From contig JACAFT010000003.1 of the NCBI GenBank assembly GCA_013378375.1, positions 1 to 55,068 on the forward strand: a DNA stretch of 55,068 nt. The letters are read 5' to 3'. This document shows positions 36,660-46,482 of the stretch, in pieces; the first letter of the stretch is position 1, and the number at the start of each line of letters is the position of its first letter. The DNA is from Nitrososphaerota archaeon (GTDB lineage: Archaea > Thermoproteota > Nitrososphaeria > Nitrososphaerales > UBA57). The position numbers and the translations under genes are program-made. A model generated the notes under the pieces. The model saw only the letters and a program-made list of their open reading frames with translations. It did no database searches and was not told where the DNA came from.

Positions 36660-37922
36660 TTGTCCACTTTTAATCCTATTACAACAATTCTTGCAATTAG
36701 CTTACTGATTGTCTCTGCAAAAATTTTTTCTTTAATTTTTAGACGTTTGAAACTTCCTGAAGTAATTGGAGAAATTATTGCTGGCATAATTTTTGGACCA
36801 TTTGCAATAGGAGGTCTAATTTTCTTGGCGGGAGAACCTCTATTTAATGGGCCTGTTAGTGAAAATCCTGTCCTTGAAACGTTTTTTGAAATTGGAGGTA
36901 TGATTATTTTATTTAGCGCAGGACTTGAATTTACATTTAAACAATTTCGAAAAGCTGGACTTCCTGCATTTGTAATTGGTACTGCAGGAGTTGTCGTGCC
37001 TTTTGTTCTTGGATACTATGGTAGTTTATATGTTGGTTTTGAATTTATTGAATCTATTGTTATTGGTGCTGCTTTAACTGCTACAAGTATTGCAATTACT
37101 ATAAGAACTCTTGAGGAACTTGGTCAATTAAAAAATGTTGAATCTGAAATTATGGTTTACGCTGCTGTAGTTGATGATGTTTTAGGTCTTACTGTTCTTG
37201 GTGTTGTTCTTGCAATTGGAAATACTGGAATAATTCCCGATATATCTACCATAGCTACAACTACTCTGTTGACTCTTTCATTATGGATTGCTTTGTTACT
37301 TTGTTCTGTTTATTTCTTGCCGAAATTTTTGGATATAGTTGGTTCCCGTGTTCATCCGCTTAAATTAACTGACGATTCAGAAAAACACCCTAACGTGCCT
37401 TCAACATTGGAGACTCTATCGATATTCATTATTCTTGTTTGGGGTGCACTTGCATATTATATGGGTTTGTCACCAATTGTTGGAACATTTGCTGCAGGTA
37501 TGGCAATTGCTGGTTCACGGTTTAAACATCAGATTGAAATATTTACTAATCACATTAGAATTATTTTTGCCCCAATCTTCTTCGCTTTTATTGGTGCTCA
37601 GATTAATCTTGCAGAAATATTTCGTATCGAAGTTTTTGCTTTGACATTAATTCTTGTGCTAGCTTTACTTAGTAAATTTATTGGTTGTGGACTTCCTGCA
37701 TTTGTATTCCTCCGTAATAGGGTACAAGCACAAAGAATAGGTATTGGTATGGCATCACGTGGTGAAGTTGGAGTGGTTGTTGCAGGAATTGGTTATTCTG
37801 CCGGACTGATTGATAGTTATGCTTATGTTGTTTTGATGACAGTAATTATGATTAGCACTATTATTAGTCCTATTCTCTTGAGATTTTCTTATAACGACCG
37901 GAAAATCAAAAGCACTTTATAA
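36660..37922 (+). CDS. Cation:proton antiporter (CPA2, Kef/NapA-like)
   Basis: 420 aa polytopic protein. LPEVIGEIIAGIIFGP and FSAGLEF motifs. TTG start. Confidence 0.8.
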   Translation: MSTFNPITTILAISLLIVSAKIFSLIFRRLKLPEVIGEIIAGIIFGPFAIGGLIFLAGEPLFNGPVSENPVLETFFEIGGMIILFSAGLEFTFKQFRKAGLPAFVIGTAGVVVPFVLGYYGSLYVGFEFIESIVIGAALTATSIAITIRTLEELGQLKNVESEIMVYAAVVDDVLGLTVLGVVLAIGNTGIIPDISTIATTTLLTLSLWIALLLCSVYFLPKFLDIVGSRVHPLKLTDDSEKHPNVPSTLETLSIFIILVWGALAYYMGLSPIVGTFAAGMAIAGSRFKHQIEIFTNHIRIIFAPIFFAFIGAQINLAEIFRIEVFALTLILVLALLSKFIGCGLPAFVFLRNRVQAQRIGIGMASRGEVGVVVAGIGYSAGLIDSYAYVVLMTVIMISTIISPILLRFSYNDRKIKSTL

Positions 37923-38019
37923 TAACTGATTTTTATTATTTTCCACTCTGGATTTATAATACACTTACGTGTTGTTAATTTTTAAAATTCTTATATTGTC
38001 GCTATGAATCTAATTATTA

Positions 38020-39147
38020 ATGAATAGTTCTATGGGATCTGACGCAGTACTTCTATTAGAAGATGGTTCTAAGTATTTTGGTCGGGGTTTTGGCAAACCT
38101 TCTACTGTTGTTGGCGAAGTAGTCTTTAATACTGGAATGGTTGGATATACTGAATCCTTAACTGATCCATCTTATGGAGGGCAATTATTGTCTTTCACTT
38201 ATCCGTTGATTGGTAATTACGGAGTTCCTGATTATTCTAATCTCGATGAGTTCTCTCTTCCTGCTCATTTTGAATCCACAAAAATTCAAACTAATGGTGT
38301 TATTATAAATGAACTCTGTGAATCTCCTAATCATTGGAGTTCTACACGAACATTTGACGAATGGCTAAAATCAGAAGACATAACAGGAATTTGCAATATT
38401 GATACTAGAAGCCTTACTATCAAAATAAGAGAATCCGGCGTTATGATGGGTGTTATTAGTTATGAACAAAATGCTGTCGATCCTGATTCTATTCTGAGTA
38501 AAGCCAAATCTTATGAAACATTTGAATTTTTCAAGTATGTTAGTACTAAATCACCTAAAGTCTATGGTAATCATAAAGAGAATGTCGTAATATTAGATTT
38601 TGGGGTAAAGAACGGAATTATTAGGAATGTATTGAAACGAAATTATTCAACTATAGTGGTTCCATATAATTACAGCTTTGAACAAATCATGGAATACAAC
38701 CCTAAAGGAATAATTGTTAGTAATGGCCCCGGAGATCCACAACGTTGCACCGAATATCTTGATACCATCAATAAAATTTGTAATTCATCCATTCCAACTT
38801 TGGGGATATGTTTAGGTCATCAATTAATTTCACTAGCACTTGGTGCATCAACTTATAAATTACAATATGGACATCGCGGTCAAAATAAATCTTGTCGCGA
38901 TCTAATTAGTGGAAGAAGTTATGTTACTAGTCAAAATCACGGATATGCTGTCGATTCAACTTCTTTATCAAATACAGAATTACAACCTTGGTTTGTTAAT
39001 CTTGACGATAATTCTCTAGAAGGTGTTAAACATAAAAATAATTCTTGCATTGCAGTACAATTTCATCCAGAAGCACACCCTGGTCCTTATGACACTTCTT
39101 ATGTCTTTGATGTTTTCTTTGATATGATTGACGGTGATTTAACTTGA
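38020..39147 (+). CDS. carA: Carbamoyl-phosphate synthase small (glutaminase) subunit
   Basis: 375 aa. GMVGYTESLTDPSY, GICLGHQL and QFHPEA (Cys-His triad). Confidence 0.92.
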   Translation: MNSSMGSDAVLLLEDGSKYFGRGFGKPSTVVGEVVFNTGMVGYTESLTDPSYGGQLLSFTYPLIGNYGVPDYSNLDEFSLPAHFESTKIQTNGVIINELCESPNHWSSTRTFDEWLKSEDITGICNIDTRSLTIKIRESGVMMGVISYEQNAVDPDSILSKAKSYETFEFFKYVSTKSPKVYGNHKENVVILDFGVKNGIIRNVLKRNYSTIVVPYNYSFEQIMEYNPKGIIVSNGPGDPQRCTEYLDTINKICNSSIPTLGICLGHQLISLALGASTYKLQYGHRGQNKSCRDLISGRSYVTSQNHGYAVDSTSLSNTELQPWFVNLDDNSLEGVKHKNNSCIAVQFHPEAHPGPYDTSYVFDVFFDMIDGDLT

Positions 39148-42100
39148 CTGATAAAATTAAAAAAATATTAGTTCTTGGTAGTGGTGCAATAAAAATTGGC
39201 GAAGCAGGTGAATTTGATTATTCAGGAAGCCAATGTATCAAAGCCCTTAAAGAAGAAGGCATTGAAACTATACTGATTAATCCAAATATTGCTACAATTC
39301 AAACTGATTCACGTATCTGTCCTAACGTGTATTCTATTCCCGTTATTCCCGAATTTGTTACTCAAGTAATTGCTAAGGAACGTCCAGATGCTATTTTACT
39401 AAGTTTTGGAGGTCAAACTGCTTTAAACTGCGGCATTCAACTTGACAAACAAGGAATATTGTCTAAATATAATGTCAAGGTCTTGGGTACTAAAATTCGT
39501 GGAATTGAGATTACTGAAGATAGAGATCTTTTCAAACAAAAGATGACTGAATCAGGTATTGCTACACCCAAAAGTCGAGCAGTTTATTCTCTCGAAGAAG
39601 CCAAAGAATTGGTTAAAGAACTTGGCTATCCAGTTATGATTCGTGCAGCTTATACGTTAGGTGGTAAAGGAGGTGGAGTAGCTCATAATGAATATGAACT
39701 TGACGAGATTGTTATCAAAGGAACTGCTAATAGTTTGACAAAACAAGTATTAATTGAAGAATATCTTGGAGATTGGAAACAAATTGAATACGAAATAATG
39801 CGTGATTCTGACGGAAATTGTGTAACTGTTTGTAATATGGAAAATGTTCTTGGAATGAAAGTCCATACTGGCGACAATATTGTTGTAGCTCCATCACAAA
39901 CAATTACTAATCGTGAATATCATAAATTACGCGAAATCGCGATTAAAGCAGCAACTGCCTGTGACATTATTGGTGAATGTAATGTGCAATTCTCTTTAGA
40001 TCCTAATTCTGAAGATTATAATGTAATTGAAATTAATGCAAGGTTATCCCGTTCTTCTGCACTCGCATCAAAAGCAACTGGATATCCATTAGCTTATCTA
40101 GCTGCTAAAGTTATATTAGGTAAAACTCTTCCTGAACTTTTTAATCAAGTTACTGGTGTCACTACTGCTTGTTTTGAACCATCTCTTGATTACATTGTGG
40201 TTAAAATGCCTCGATGGGATCTTAAAAAGTTTGAAAATGTATCAAGAAAAATTGGAACACAAATGAAATCAGTTGGAGAAATTATGTCTGTTGGAAGTTC
40301 TTTCGAAGAGGCTCTTCAAAAAGCCATTCGTATGGTTGATATAGATAAATTAGGATTATGCCAACCTGATTTCCATACTGATTCTAATCTTGAAACTCTT
40401 GAAGATAACCTAGTTCACTTTACTGATGAAATTCTCTTTCATATCGTTGAATCCCTACGTTCAAATATGACTCCTGAAGAAGTATCAAGAATATCTACTG
40501 TGGACAAATGGTTTGTTGATAAGATCAATAACGTTGTTAATGTTGAACGTAAACTATTGAAAAATCCCGATTCAAGTGATAAATTACTCATTCTTGAGGC
40601 AAAGAAGAAAGGATTTTCTGACAAACAGCTGTCTCTTTATTTTGATAAAGATGAATCTGAACTCCGCAAAATACGAATAAATCATGGTATTTTACCCAGA
40701 ACTAAACAAATTGATACACTTGCAGCTGAATGGCCTGCACAAACAAATTATCTGTATATAACTTATGATGGTTCTCTTGACGACGTTACATATTCTAATA
40801 ATAAAAAACTTATCGTTCTCGGTGCTGGTACATATCGAATTGGTAGCTCTGTTGAATTCGATTGGTCTACAATGAATATGGTGTGGGCATTAAAGGAACA
40901 CGGTTATGATATTATAGTTGTAAATTGTAATCCTGAAACTGTTTCTACTGATTACGACATGAGTGATAGTTTATATTTCGAAGAAATTACACTTGAAAGA
41001 ATTCTTGATATCTACGATAAAGAAAAACCAGATGGTCTTGTTGCATGTGTTGGCGGACAAGTAGCAAATAATCTTGTTAATCAATTACAAAATTATGATG
41101 TTAAATTGCTTGGAACTTCTAGTTCTAATATTGATAGAGCAGAAAATCGTGAAAAATTTAGTGCCTTATTAGATGAAATTGGTATCTCTCAACCATCATG
41201 GCAAACATTCACTTCTCTAGATAGCGCATATCAATTTGCTACTGAGCAAAAATATCCTCTTCTCGTAAGACCTTCTTATGTCCTGAGTGGTGCAGCAATG
41301 AGAGTAATCTGGACTGATGAAAATCTTAAAACATTTCTTGAAAATGCTGCAAAAGTTAATACTGATTATCCGGTAGTTGTTAGTAAATTCATTGAGGATG
41401 CACGAGAAATAGAGTTAGACGCGGTATCTGATGGTAATAATGTGTTTATCGGAGCAATTCTTGAACATATAGAAAAAGCCGGTGTACATTCTGGAGATGC
41501 AATAATGACTATTCCACCAAGAAATCTTGATCCTAGTGAAGAAGCACTTATTATTGACTATACAAACAAAATTGCAAAACAACTTCAAATTAAAGGTCCC
41601 TTTAATGCTCAATTCATTGTTAAAAATGGATCAGTTTCAGTTATCGAATGTAACCTAAGAGCTTCTAGATCTATACCATTTGTGTCGAAATATATCGGTG
41701 TTAATCTTATGCAAATGTCTGCTAATGCATTATTAGGAAAAGATATTTCTTCAGATTTCCATAATTATAGAAATATTCCATATGTCGGTGTAAAGGTTCC
41801 TCAGTTCTCTTTTATGCAATTAGAAGGGGCCGATCCTAATCTTGGAGTCGAAATGCAATCGACTGGCGAAGTAGCATGTTTTGGTAAAAATTTTTACGAC
41901 GCTTTTCTTAAATCACTGATTTCTGCTGGTTATCATATACCGCGTAAAAATGGTAGTATACTTGTAAGTATTGGAGGTGCCGAAAATAAACAAAAACTCT
42001 TACCAGTAATCAAAAAATTCTCTGAACTTGGTTTTAAGACATTTGCTACTGAACACACTGCTGATTTTCTTGATTCTAATAATATTGATTCTATTGCACT

Positions 42101-42365
42101 CTATAAAATTGGTGAATATGAAAGGAAACCCAATTTAGAAGATTATTTAATTAAACGTGAATTCGATTTAATCATCAACATTCCTATGATTAAATCTTCT
42201 AATCATGCAGATTCTATAATAGAAGACGAATATCTTATCCGCAGAAAAGCAGTCGAATTAGGAATTCCTGTAATAACTACTCCTGAATTAGCTGAGGTTT
42301 TTATCGAAGGTCTTTATTGGTTGAAGGAAAATAAACTTAGTATAGCTGCAACTACCAAGCAATGA
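39144..42365 (+). CDS. carB: Carbamoyl-phosphate synthase large subunit
   Basis: 1073 aa. Duplicated ATP-grasp halves with GSGAIKIGEAGEFDYSG and GAGTYRIGSSVEFDW. It overlaps carA by 4 nt. Confidence 0.95.
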   Translation: MTDKIKKILVLGSGAIKIGEAGEFDYSGSQCIKALKEEGIETILINPNIATIQTDSRICPNVYSIPVIPEFVTQVIAKERPDAILLSFGGQTALNCGIQLDKQGILSKYNVKVLGTKIRGIEITEDRDLFKQKMTESGIATPKSRAVYSLEEAKELVKELGYPVMIRAAYTLGGKGGGVAHNEYELDEIVIKGTANSLTKQVLIEEYLGDWKQIEYEIMRDSDGNCVTVCNMENVLGMKVHTGDNIVVAPSQTITNREYHKLREIAIKAATACDIIGECNVQFSLDPNSEDYNVIEINARLSRSSALASKATGYPLAYLAAKVILGKTLPELFNQVTGVTTACFEPSLDYIVVKMPRWDLKKFENVSRKIGTQMKSVGEIMSVGSSFEEALQKAIRMVDIDKLGLCQPDFHTDSNLETLEDNLVHFTDEILFHIVESLRSNMTPEEVSRISTVDKWFVDKINNVVNVERKLLKNPDSSDKLLILEAKKKGFSDKQLSLYFDKDESELRKIRINHGILPRTKQIDTLAAEWPAQTNYLYITYDGSLDDVTYSNNKKLIVLGAGTYRIGSSVEFDWSTMNMVWALKEHGYDIIVVNCNPETVSTDYDMSDSLYFEEITLERILDIYDKEKPDGLVACVGGQVANNLVNQLQNYDVKLLGTSSSNIDRAENREKFSALLDEIGISQPSWQTFTSLDSAYQFATEQKYPLLVRPSYVLSGAAMRVIWTDENLKTFLENAAKVNTDYPVVVSKFIEDAREIELDAVSDGNNVFIGAILEHIEKAGVHSGDAIMTIPPRNLDPSEEALIIDYTNKIAKQLQIKGPFNAQFIVKNGSVSVIECNLRASRSIPFVSKYIGVNLMQMSANALLGKDISSDFHNYRNIPYVGVKVPQFSFMQLEGADPNLGVEMQSTGEVACFGKNFYDAFLKSLISAGYHIPRKNGSILVSIGGAENKQKLLPVIKKFSELGFKTFATEHTADFLDSNNIDSIALYKIGEYERKPNLEDYLIKREFDLIINIPMIKSSNHADSIIEDEYLIRRKAVELGIPVITTPELAEVFIEGLYWLKENKLSIAATTKQ

Positions 42366-42371
42366 TGTTGT

Positions 42372-43001
42372 CTATTCTAATCCGAATTTTTCTTTAATTA
42401 TTGGAATAATACTTCTTAGATCTTTCTCCGAAACAATAGCATCTGATTTTTCATTTATCATTTTTATTCCATTGAAAGATATTTTTAATCCTGATATTTC
42501 TAATAACGCCAAGTCGTTTGCTCCATCAACAGTTGTTACTGTGTTCTCTTTTGTTTCATTTATTTCCTTTAATATCGATTCTATTGAACTTACTTTATTT
42601 GAGCCTACTTTTAAATCAACTCCATCTAATTTTTCATCAACAAAAATTAATGGATTTGAAACTGCATAATCAATATTTAATTCATTTTTAACTCTATTTA
42701 CTAGTATGTCTGGACCTCCTGATACTGTTAATGTTGTAAATCCTAATCTACGTAATTCATCAAACGTTTCTCTTGCTCCTTGCATAATCGGTAAATTATT
42801 TGCCATTTGAATACATTCATTGTACGGAATTCCCTTCAATCGATTGATCCTTTCAATCAATCCTTGTTCCCAGTTTATTTCTCCATTTATTCCTTTATTC
42901 GTAATTTCTAAAATTTCATCTTCTTTCCCGATTACTTTTGCTAGTTCTGGTAAAAATTCACCATCAATTAAAACTCCTTCTGTATCAAATATTGCTAACA
43001 A
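42372..43001 (-). CDS. serB: Phosphoserine phosphatase-like HAD hydrolase
   Basis: 209 aa. AIFDTEGVLI (DxD-type variant), TVSGG and VDGANDL. Confidence 0.7.
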   Translation of the reverse strand: MLAIFDTEGVLIDGEFLPELAKVIGKEDEILEITNKGINGEINWEQGLIERINRLKGIPYNECIQMANNLPIMQGARETFDELRRLGFTTLTVSGGPDILVNRVKNELNIDYAVSNPLIFVDEKLDGVDLKVGSNKVSSIESILKEINETKENTVTTVDGANDLALLEISGLKISFNGIKMINEKSDAIVSEKDLRSIIPIIKEKFGLE

Positions 43002-43059
43002 TAACTATTCCCCATATTCTGTCATCTTTCATATTATTGTAATTAAATATTTTCTAATA

Positions 43060-43515
43060 TTATACGTATCTTGATAGTGCAGAATTGTTTTTCGCTAATT
43101 CTTTTAATACAGTTGCACTAGTTTTGTCAATTAAACTCATTCCTTTCCCTGTTACTACTCTTCCATCTGTTTTTTTCTTTTCAATATATCCGGCAGTTTC
43201 TAATTGCTGTAATGGTTTTCTAATTGCTGATTGTCCTGCATCTCTTTGATGATTTTTTGAAAATTTTATTTTCTTTTTTCCTCCGTACATCTTTTGGAGA
43301 TCCGCTAAACCTACTGGACCATGAACATAAACTTTACGTAAGATTGATGCACATCTTTCATACCACCATTCATCGTTTTGTGGAGGTCTTTCTACATGTG
43401 ATCCTGTTTTTACATAGTTTGACCATTCTGGTGGGTTTATTACATCTTCATTTTTTAACGTTTCTGCTAATGTTTGAATTAATACATCTGCAGGTACTTC
43501 ATTCACATTTGTCAA
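43060..43515 (-). CDS. rps19e: 30S ribosomal protein S19e
   Basis: 151 aa. VPADVLIQTLAETLK...PPEWSNYVKTG...WWYERCASILRKVY. Confidence 0.9.
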   Translation of the reverse strand: MTNVNEVPADVLIQTLAETLKNEDVINPPEWSNYVKTGSHVERPPQNDEWWYERCASILRKVYVHGPVGLADLQKMYGGKKKIKFSKNHQRDAGQSAIRKPLQQLETAGYIEKKKTDGRVVTGKGMSLIDKTSATVLKELAKNNSALSRYV

Positions 43516-43543
43516 TTCAGTTTCACAATAATCTATATGATAT

Positions 43544-43858
43544 TTAGGTTTGACTATTGTAGATCATTTTCCTATATGTAAATCCACAAAATAAACATGT
43601 TATATTCATTGATTTTCTTATTTTTGAAAGTCGTATGCGCGAATTAAACCCGGGAACTATGAATCTTTTACAATTATGACAAAATAATATCCGATCTGAG
43701 AATCTTAATTTTATATTGAATTTTTTAGCAAAATCTCTGGCCCTGTTTGCTTGAATATTTGCAAATCTATAGTCGTCTTTAGCTGAATTTAGCGAATTTC
43801 TTAATAAACCACTAATTCTTCTCTCTGCTAGTTGACGCTTGTATTTCTTTAGATTCAT
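43544..43858 (-). CDS. rnp4: RNase P protein component 4 (Rpp21/Rpr2 family)
   Basis: 104 aa. An N-terminal helical region, then the zinc ribbon CHNCKRFIVPG...CLFCG. Confidence 0.75.
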   Translation of the reverse strand: MNLKKYKRQLAERRISGLLRNSLNSAKDDYRFANIQANRARDFAKKFNIKLRFSDRILFCHNCKRFIVPGFNSRIRLSKIRKSMNITCLFCGFTYRKMIYNSQT

Positions 43859-43902
43859 GTATAATTAGTAACGCATTTAAAATAAAAATTTTTAATTATA
43901 TT

Positions 43903-44574
43903 ATGAACTCTTTGACAATAATATTGGCGGAATCTGCTCTTGAACCAATACCTGATGAATTATTGAATAATTATCCTTCAACACGTCTTGATAAAAAAAA
44001 CAAAAAGACCCTGCTGGATAAAAGTTTTCATTCTCATCTCATGGGAGATTTAGTTGATCGTGAGAAACGCGGAAGACCTGATATTGTACACATGAGTGTT
44101 ATGTCGATTACTTCTACTCCATTATATCTGGAAAAAAAAATTAAATTATATATTCATACATCTTCTGATTGTGTATTTGATATAGGATTGGGTGTTCGTT
44201 TACCTAAATCATATCATAGATTTACTGGTTTGTTTGAACAACTATTTTCTCATTCTTCTCAAAATAAAAATTTAAGTTCTCTTATAACATTAAATGATTC
44301 TTCTTTTTCAGAGCTTGTAAGCTCTGTTAATTCTAATTATGTAGTTGCATTTTCCAGACATGGAACTAACATTACTTCAAAAGATATTACTGATAAATTA
44401 ATTCATTCAAAAAATCCAGTGTTGGTTATAGGTGGTTTTTCTCATGGTACAATGTCTAAGCAAGTTCTTGATTCAGTTGACGCTACATATTCTCTTGGTA
44501 ATTATAAATTAGAATCGCATACTGTTTGTTCAAGAATGATCTATGAACTTGAAAAAGTACCTGGAATCTTGTAA
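43903..44574 (+). CDS. nep1: rRNA small-subunit pseudouridine methyltransferase Nep1/Emg1
   Basis: 223 aa. IILAESALEPIP...RGRPDIVHMSVMSITSTPL...VIGGFSHG. Confidence 0.8.
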   Translation: MNSLTIILAESALEPIPDELLNNYPSTRLDKKNKKTLLDKSFHSHLMGDLVDREKRGRPDIVHMSVMSITSTPLYLEKKIKLYIHTSSDCVFDIGLGVRLPKSYHRFTGLFEQLFSHSSQNKNLSSLITLNDSSFSELVSSVNSNYVVAFSRHGTNITSKDITDKLIHSKNPVLVIGGFSHGTMSKQVLDSVDATYSLGNYKLESHTVCSRMIYELEKVPGIL

Positions 44575-44609
44575 ATATTTTTTATCTACTAGTTGTTTCA
44601 TACAGTTGT

Positions 44610-44703
44610 GCGGTTGTCGTCCAGTCCTTTTATTAGGGGACAGTCTGGTCTAGGACACGGGGTTTCCAACCCCGGAACACGGGTTCAAATCCCGTCGACC
44701 GCA
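44610..44703 (+). tRNA. tRNA-Gly(UCC) with a non-canonical intron of about 19 nt in the D-loop
   Basis: Parse: GCGGTTG TC GTCC AGTC[cttttattaggggacagtc]TGGTCTA GGAC A CGGGG TTTCCAA CCCCG GAAC ACGGG TTCAAAT CCCGT CGACCGC A. The exact intron borders are ambiguous because AGTC flanks both ends. Confidence 0.8.
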
Positions 44704-44770
44704 TTTCTATATATAATGACCTATATGAATTGGAAACATTATATTCTATGATAATTGAACTTTATTCACT

Positions 44771-44859
44771 GCCGAGGTAGCTCAGCCTGGGAGAGATTGT
44801 AAAACTCCAGCACTCCGCTGAAGCCGGAGCTGTCGCCGGTTCAAATCCGGCTCTCGGCA
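44771..44859 (+). tRNA. tRNA-Phe(GAA) with a non-canonical intron of about 15 nt in the 3' half of the D-stem
   Basis: Parse: GCCGAGG TA GCTC AGCCTGGGA GAG[attgtaaaactccag]C A CTCCG CTGAAGC CGGAG CTGTC GCCGG TTCAAAT CCGGC TCTCGGC A. Confidence 0.8.
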
Positions 44860-44898
44860 TTTACAATTCGTTATATAGAAAGTTCTTAATTCTATCCT

Positions 44899-45636
44899 AT
44901 GAATAAAGAGATTTTTACTTGTAAAATTGAACTTTTAGTTCTTGATCTTGATGGAACTGTTTTTGGATCTTCTAGACTTTTAATTGAGGAAATCGAAAAA
45001 ATACGTCAACTAACTGATACTGGAGTTCGAATAATTATTTCTAGTGGTCGTACGTTGCATTATGTTTTAGGTATTGTCCGCTGTTTGGGCATTAATGATA
45101 TAGTCATTTGTGAGGAAGGTACAATAATTTATGACTGTAGGAATGATAACTTGTTGGTCAATGGGAATTCTGAAAATATTTTAATTCTTAAAGAAAATTT
45201 ATCTTCTTGGCTTCCTTTTTGTATTATTCCTCGTGAAGCTCACCATGATAAGAATATAATACTTGCACTTGATCGTAATCCCAGGATTGATGTTGATGAT
45301 TTTGTTAATGAAGTTTCAGATGTTCTATCTGAAAAAAATCTTAAATTAAATATAACTCGATCAGACGAAATGATAAATATTCTTCCTTTGGAAATTGATA
45401 AAGGAATTGCACTTACTAATATTTTAAAATCTGAAAACATAAATCCTGAAACTGTTGTTGCTATTGGTGATTCTCTCAATGATTTATCTACCTTTGATTC
45501 TGTTGCCTATCCTATTGCAGTTTCCAATGCTCATGAATTGGTCAAAAAGAAATCTGTTTATATATCTCCACAAAAAAACGGTCTTGGTGTATGTGATATT
45601 ATTGATATGATTCTTTCAAACAATGAAAAATATTAA
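44899..45636 (+). CDS. HAD-superfamily hydrolase, subfamily IIB (Cof-like sugar phosphatase)
   Basis: 245 aa. LVLDLDGTV, SSGRT and GDSLNDLSTF. Confidence 0.75.
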   Translation: MNKEIFTCKIELLVLDLDGTVFGSSRLLIEEIEKIRQLTDTGVRIIISSGRTLHYVLGIVRCLGINDIVICEEGTIIYDCRNDNLLVNGNSENILILKENLSSWLPFCIIPREAHHDKNIILALDRNPRIDVDDFVNEVSDVLSEKNLKLNITRSDEMINILPLEIDKGIALTNILKSENINPETVVAIGDSLNDLSTFDSVAYPIAVSNAHELVKKKSVYISPQKNGLGVCDIIDMILSNNEKY

Positions 45637-45660
45637 ACTCATGATGTTGTTATTATAAAT

Positions 45661-45966
45661 ATGAACGTCGAGTCATGGAACCCTGATTGGGGTGAATTGA
45701 ACGAATTGAATATGCGTCAGAAACTTGAACAAGAAGGGTTTAGTGTTGTTTGCTATACTTACAGTCCTGGTACGTATTTTCCCGAACATTCACATTCAGT
45801 AGATAAAAAAGATTCTGTATTATCTGGTAAATTTTTAATGACTGCATTGGGAAATGAATTCATTTTAGGCCCTGGCGACATGTTATTAGTTCCTGCAGGT
45901 ACTGTTCATACTGCTAAAGTTATTGGACAAGATCCAGTTATTAGTTTGGACGCCACCAAATCATGA
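45661..45966 (+). CDS. Cupin-domain protein
   Basis: 101 aa. GTYFPEHSHSVDKKDSVLSG...GDMLLVPAGTVHTAKV. Confidence 0.75.
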   Translation: MNVESWNPDWGELNELNMRQKLEQEGFSVVCYTYSPGTYFPEHSHSVDKKDSVLSGKFLMTALGNEFILGPGDMLLVPAGTVHTAKVIGQDPVISLDATKS

Positions 45967-45971
45967 GTATT

Positions 45972-46277
45972 TTACAATTTTTTTATTCCAATTATAAAAC
46001 CTAATAAAAAGCCAACTGAAAGTGGAATGTTTACTATAACTGTAGTTAATATTGAAGACGATAATAGCCCTGTTTGTTCAATTATATACTCTGACACAAT
46101 ATTATAATTTACACCAAACAATTCAGTATATCCCAAGTAATTCACTGCAAATATCAGTAAAGCAATTAATACAACAATTAGTTTTGCAATTCGTTTAAAT
46201 GCATATCCTGCTACTAAACCTCCCAATGCTCCATAAATAATTATTGATATTATTGGTAGTGCTTCTCCTAATACCAT
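45972..46277 (-). CDS. Small multi-TM membrane protein (possibly FUN14-like)
   Basis: 101 aa and almost entirely hydrophobic. GGLVAGYAFKRIAKLIVVLIALLIFAVNYLGY resembles the FUN14 pattern. The family call is tentative. Confidence 0.5.
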   Translation of the reverse strand: MVLGEALPIISIIIYGALGGLVAGYAFKRIAKLIVVLIALLIFAVNYLGYTELFGVNYNIVSEYIIEQTGLLSSSILTTVIVNIPLSVGFLLGFIIGIKKL

Positions 46278-46324
46278 GTTTTATATTATCATTTTATACA
46301 GATAAATTTTTTTTATCGTTGTGA

Positions 46325-46418
46325 CGCCGTGAGTGGGATTTGAACCCACGATTCCTTGCGGAGACAGGATATTTGCAGAATAGCAATCCTGCGCCTTACC
46401 AGGCTAGGCAACCACGGC
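46325..46418 (-). tRNA. Class II tRNA, most likely tRNA-Ser(GCU), with a very short (about 10 nt) insertion in the anticodon loop
   Basis: Minus-strand parse: GCCGTGG TT GCC TAGCCTGGTAA GGC G CAGGA TTGCTA[ttctgcaaat]A TCCTG TCTCCGCAAGGAATC GTGGG TTCAAAT CCCAC TCACGGC G. The long variable arm, 3-bp D-stem and G73 discriminator fit Ser. Confidence 0.7.
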
Positions 46419-46482
46419 ATAAGAAATGTCGTTATTGCCATTATTAACGTTTAAAAAAAACTGAAACAAATATACGAATTAA

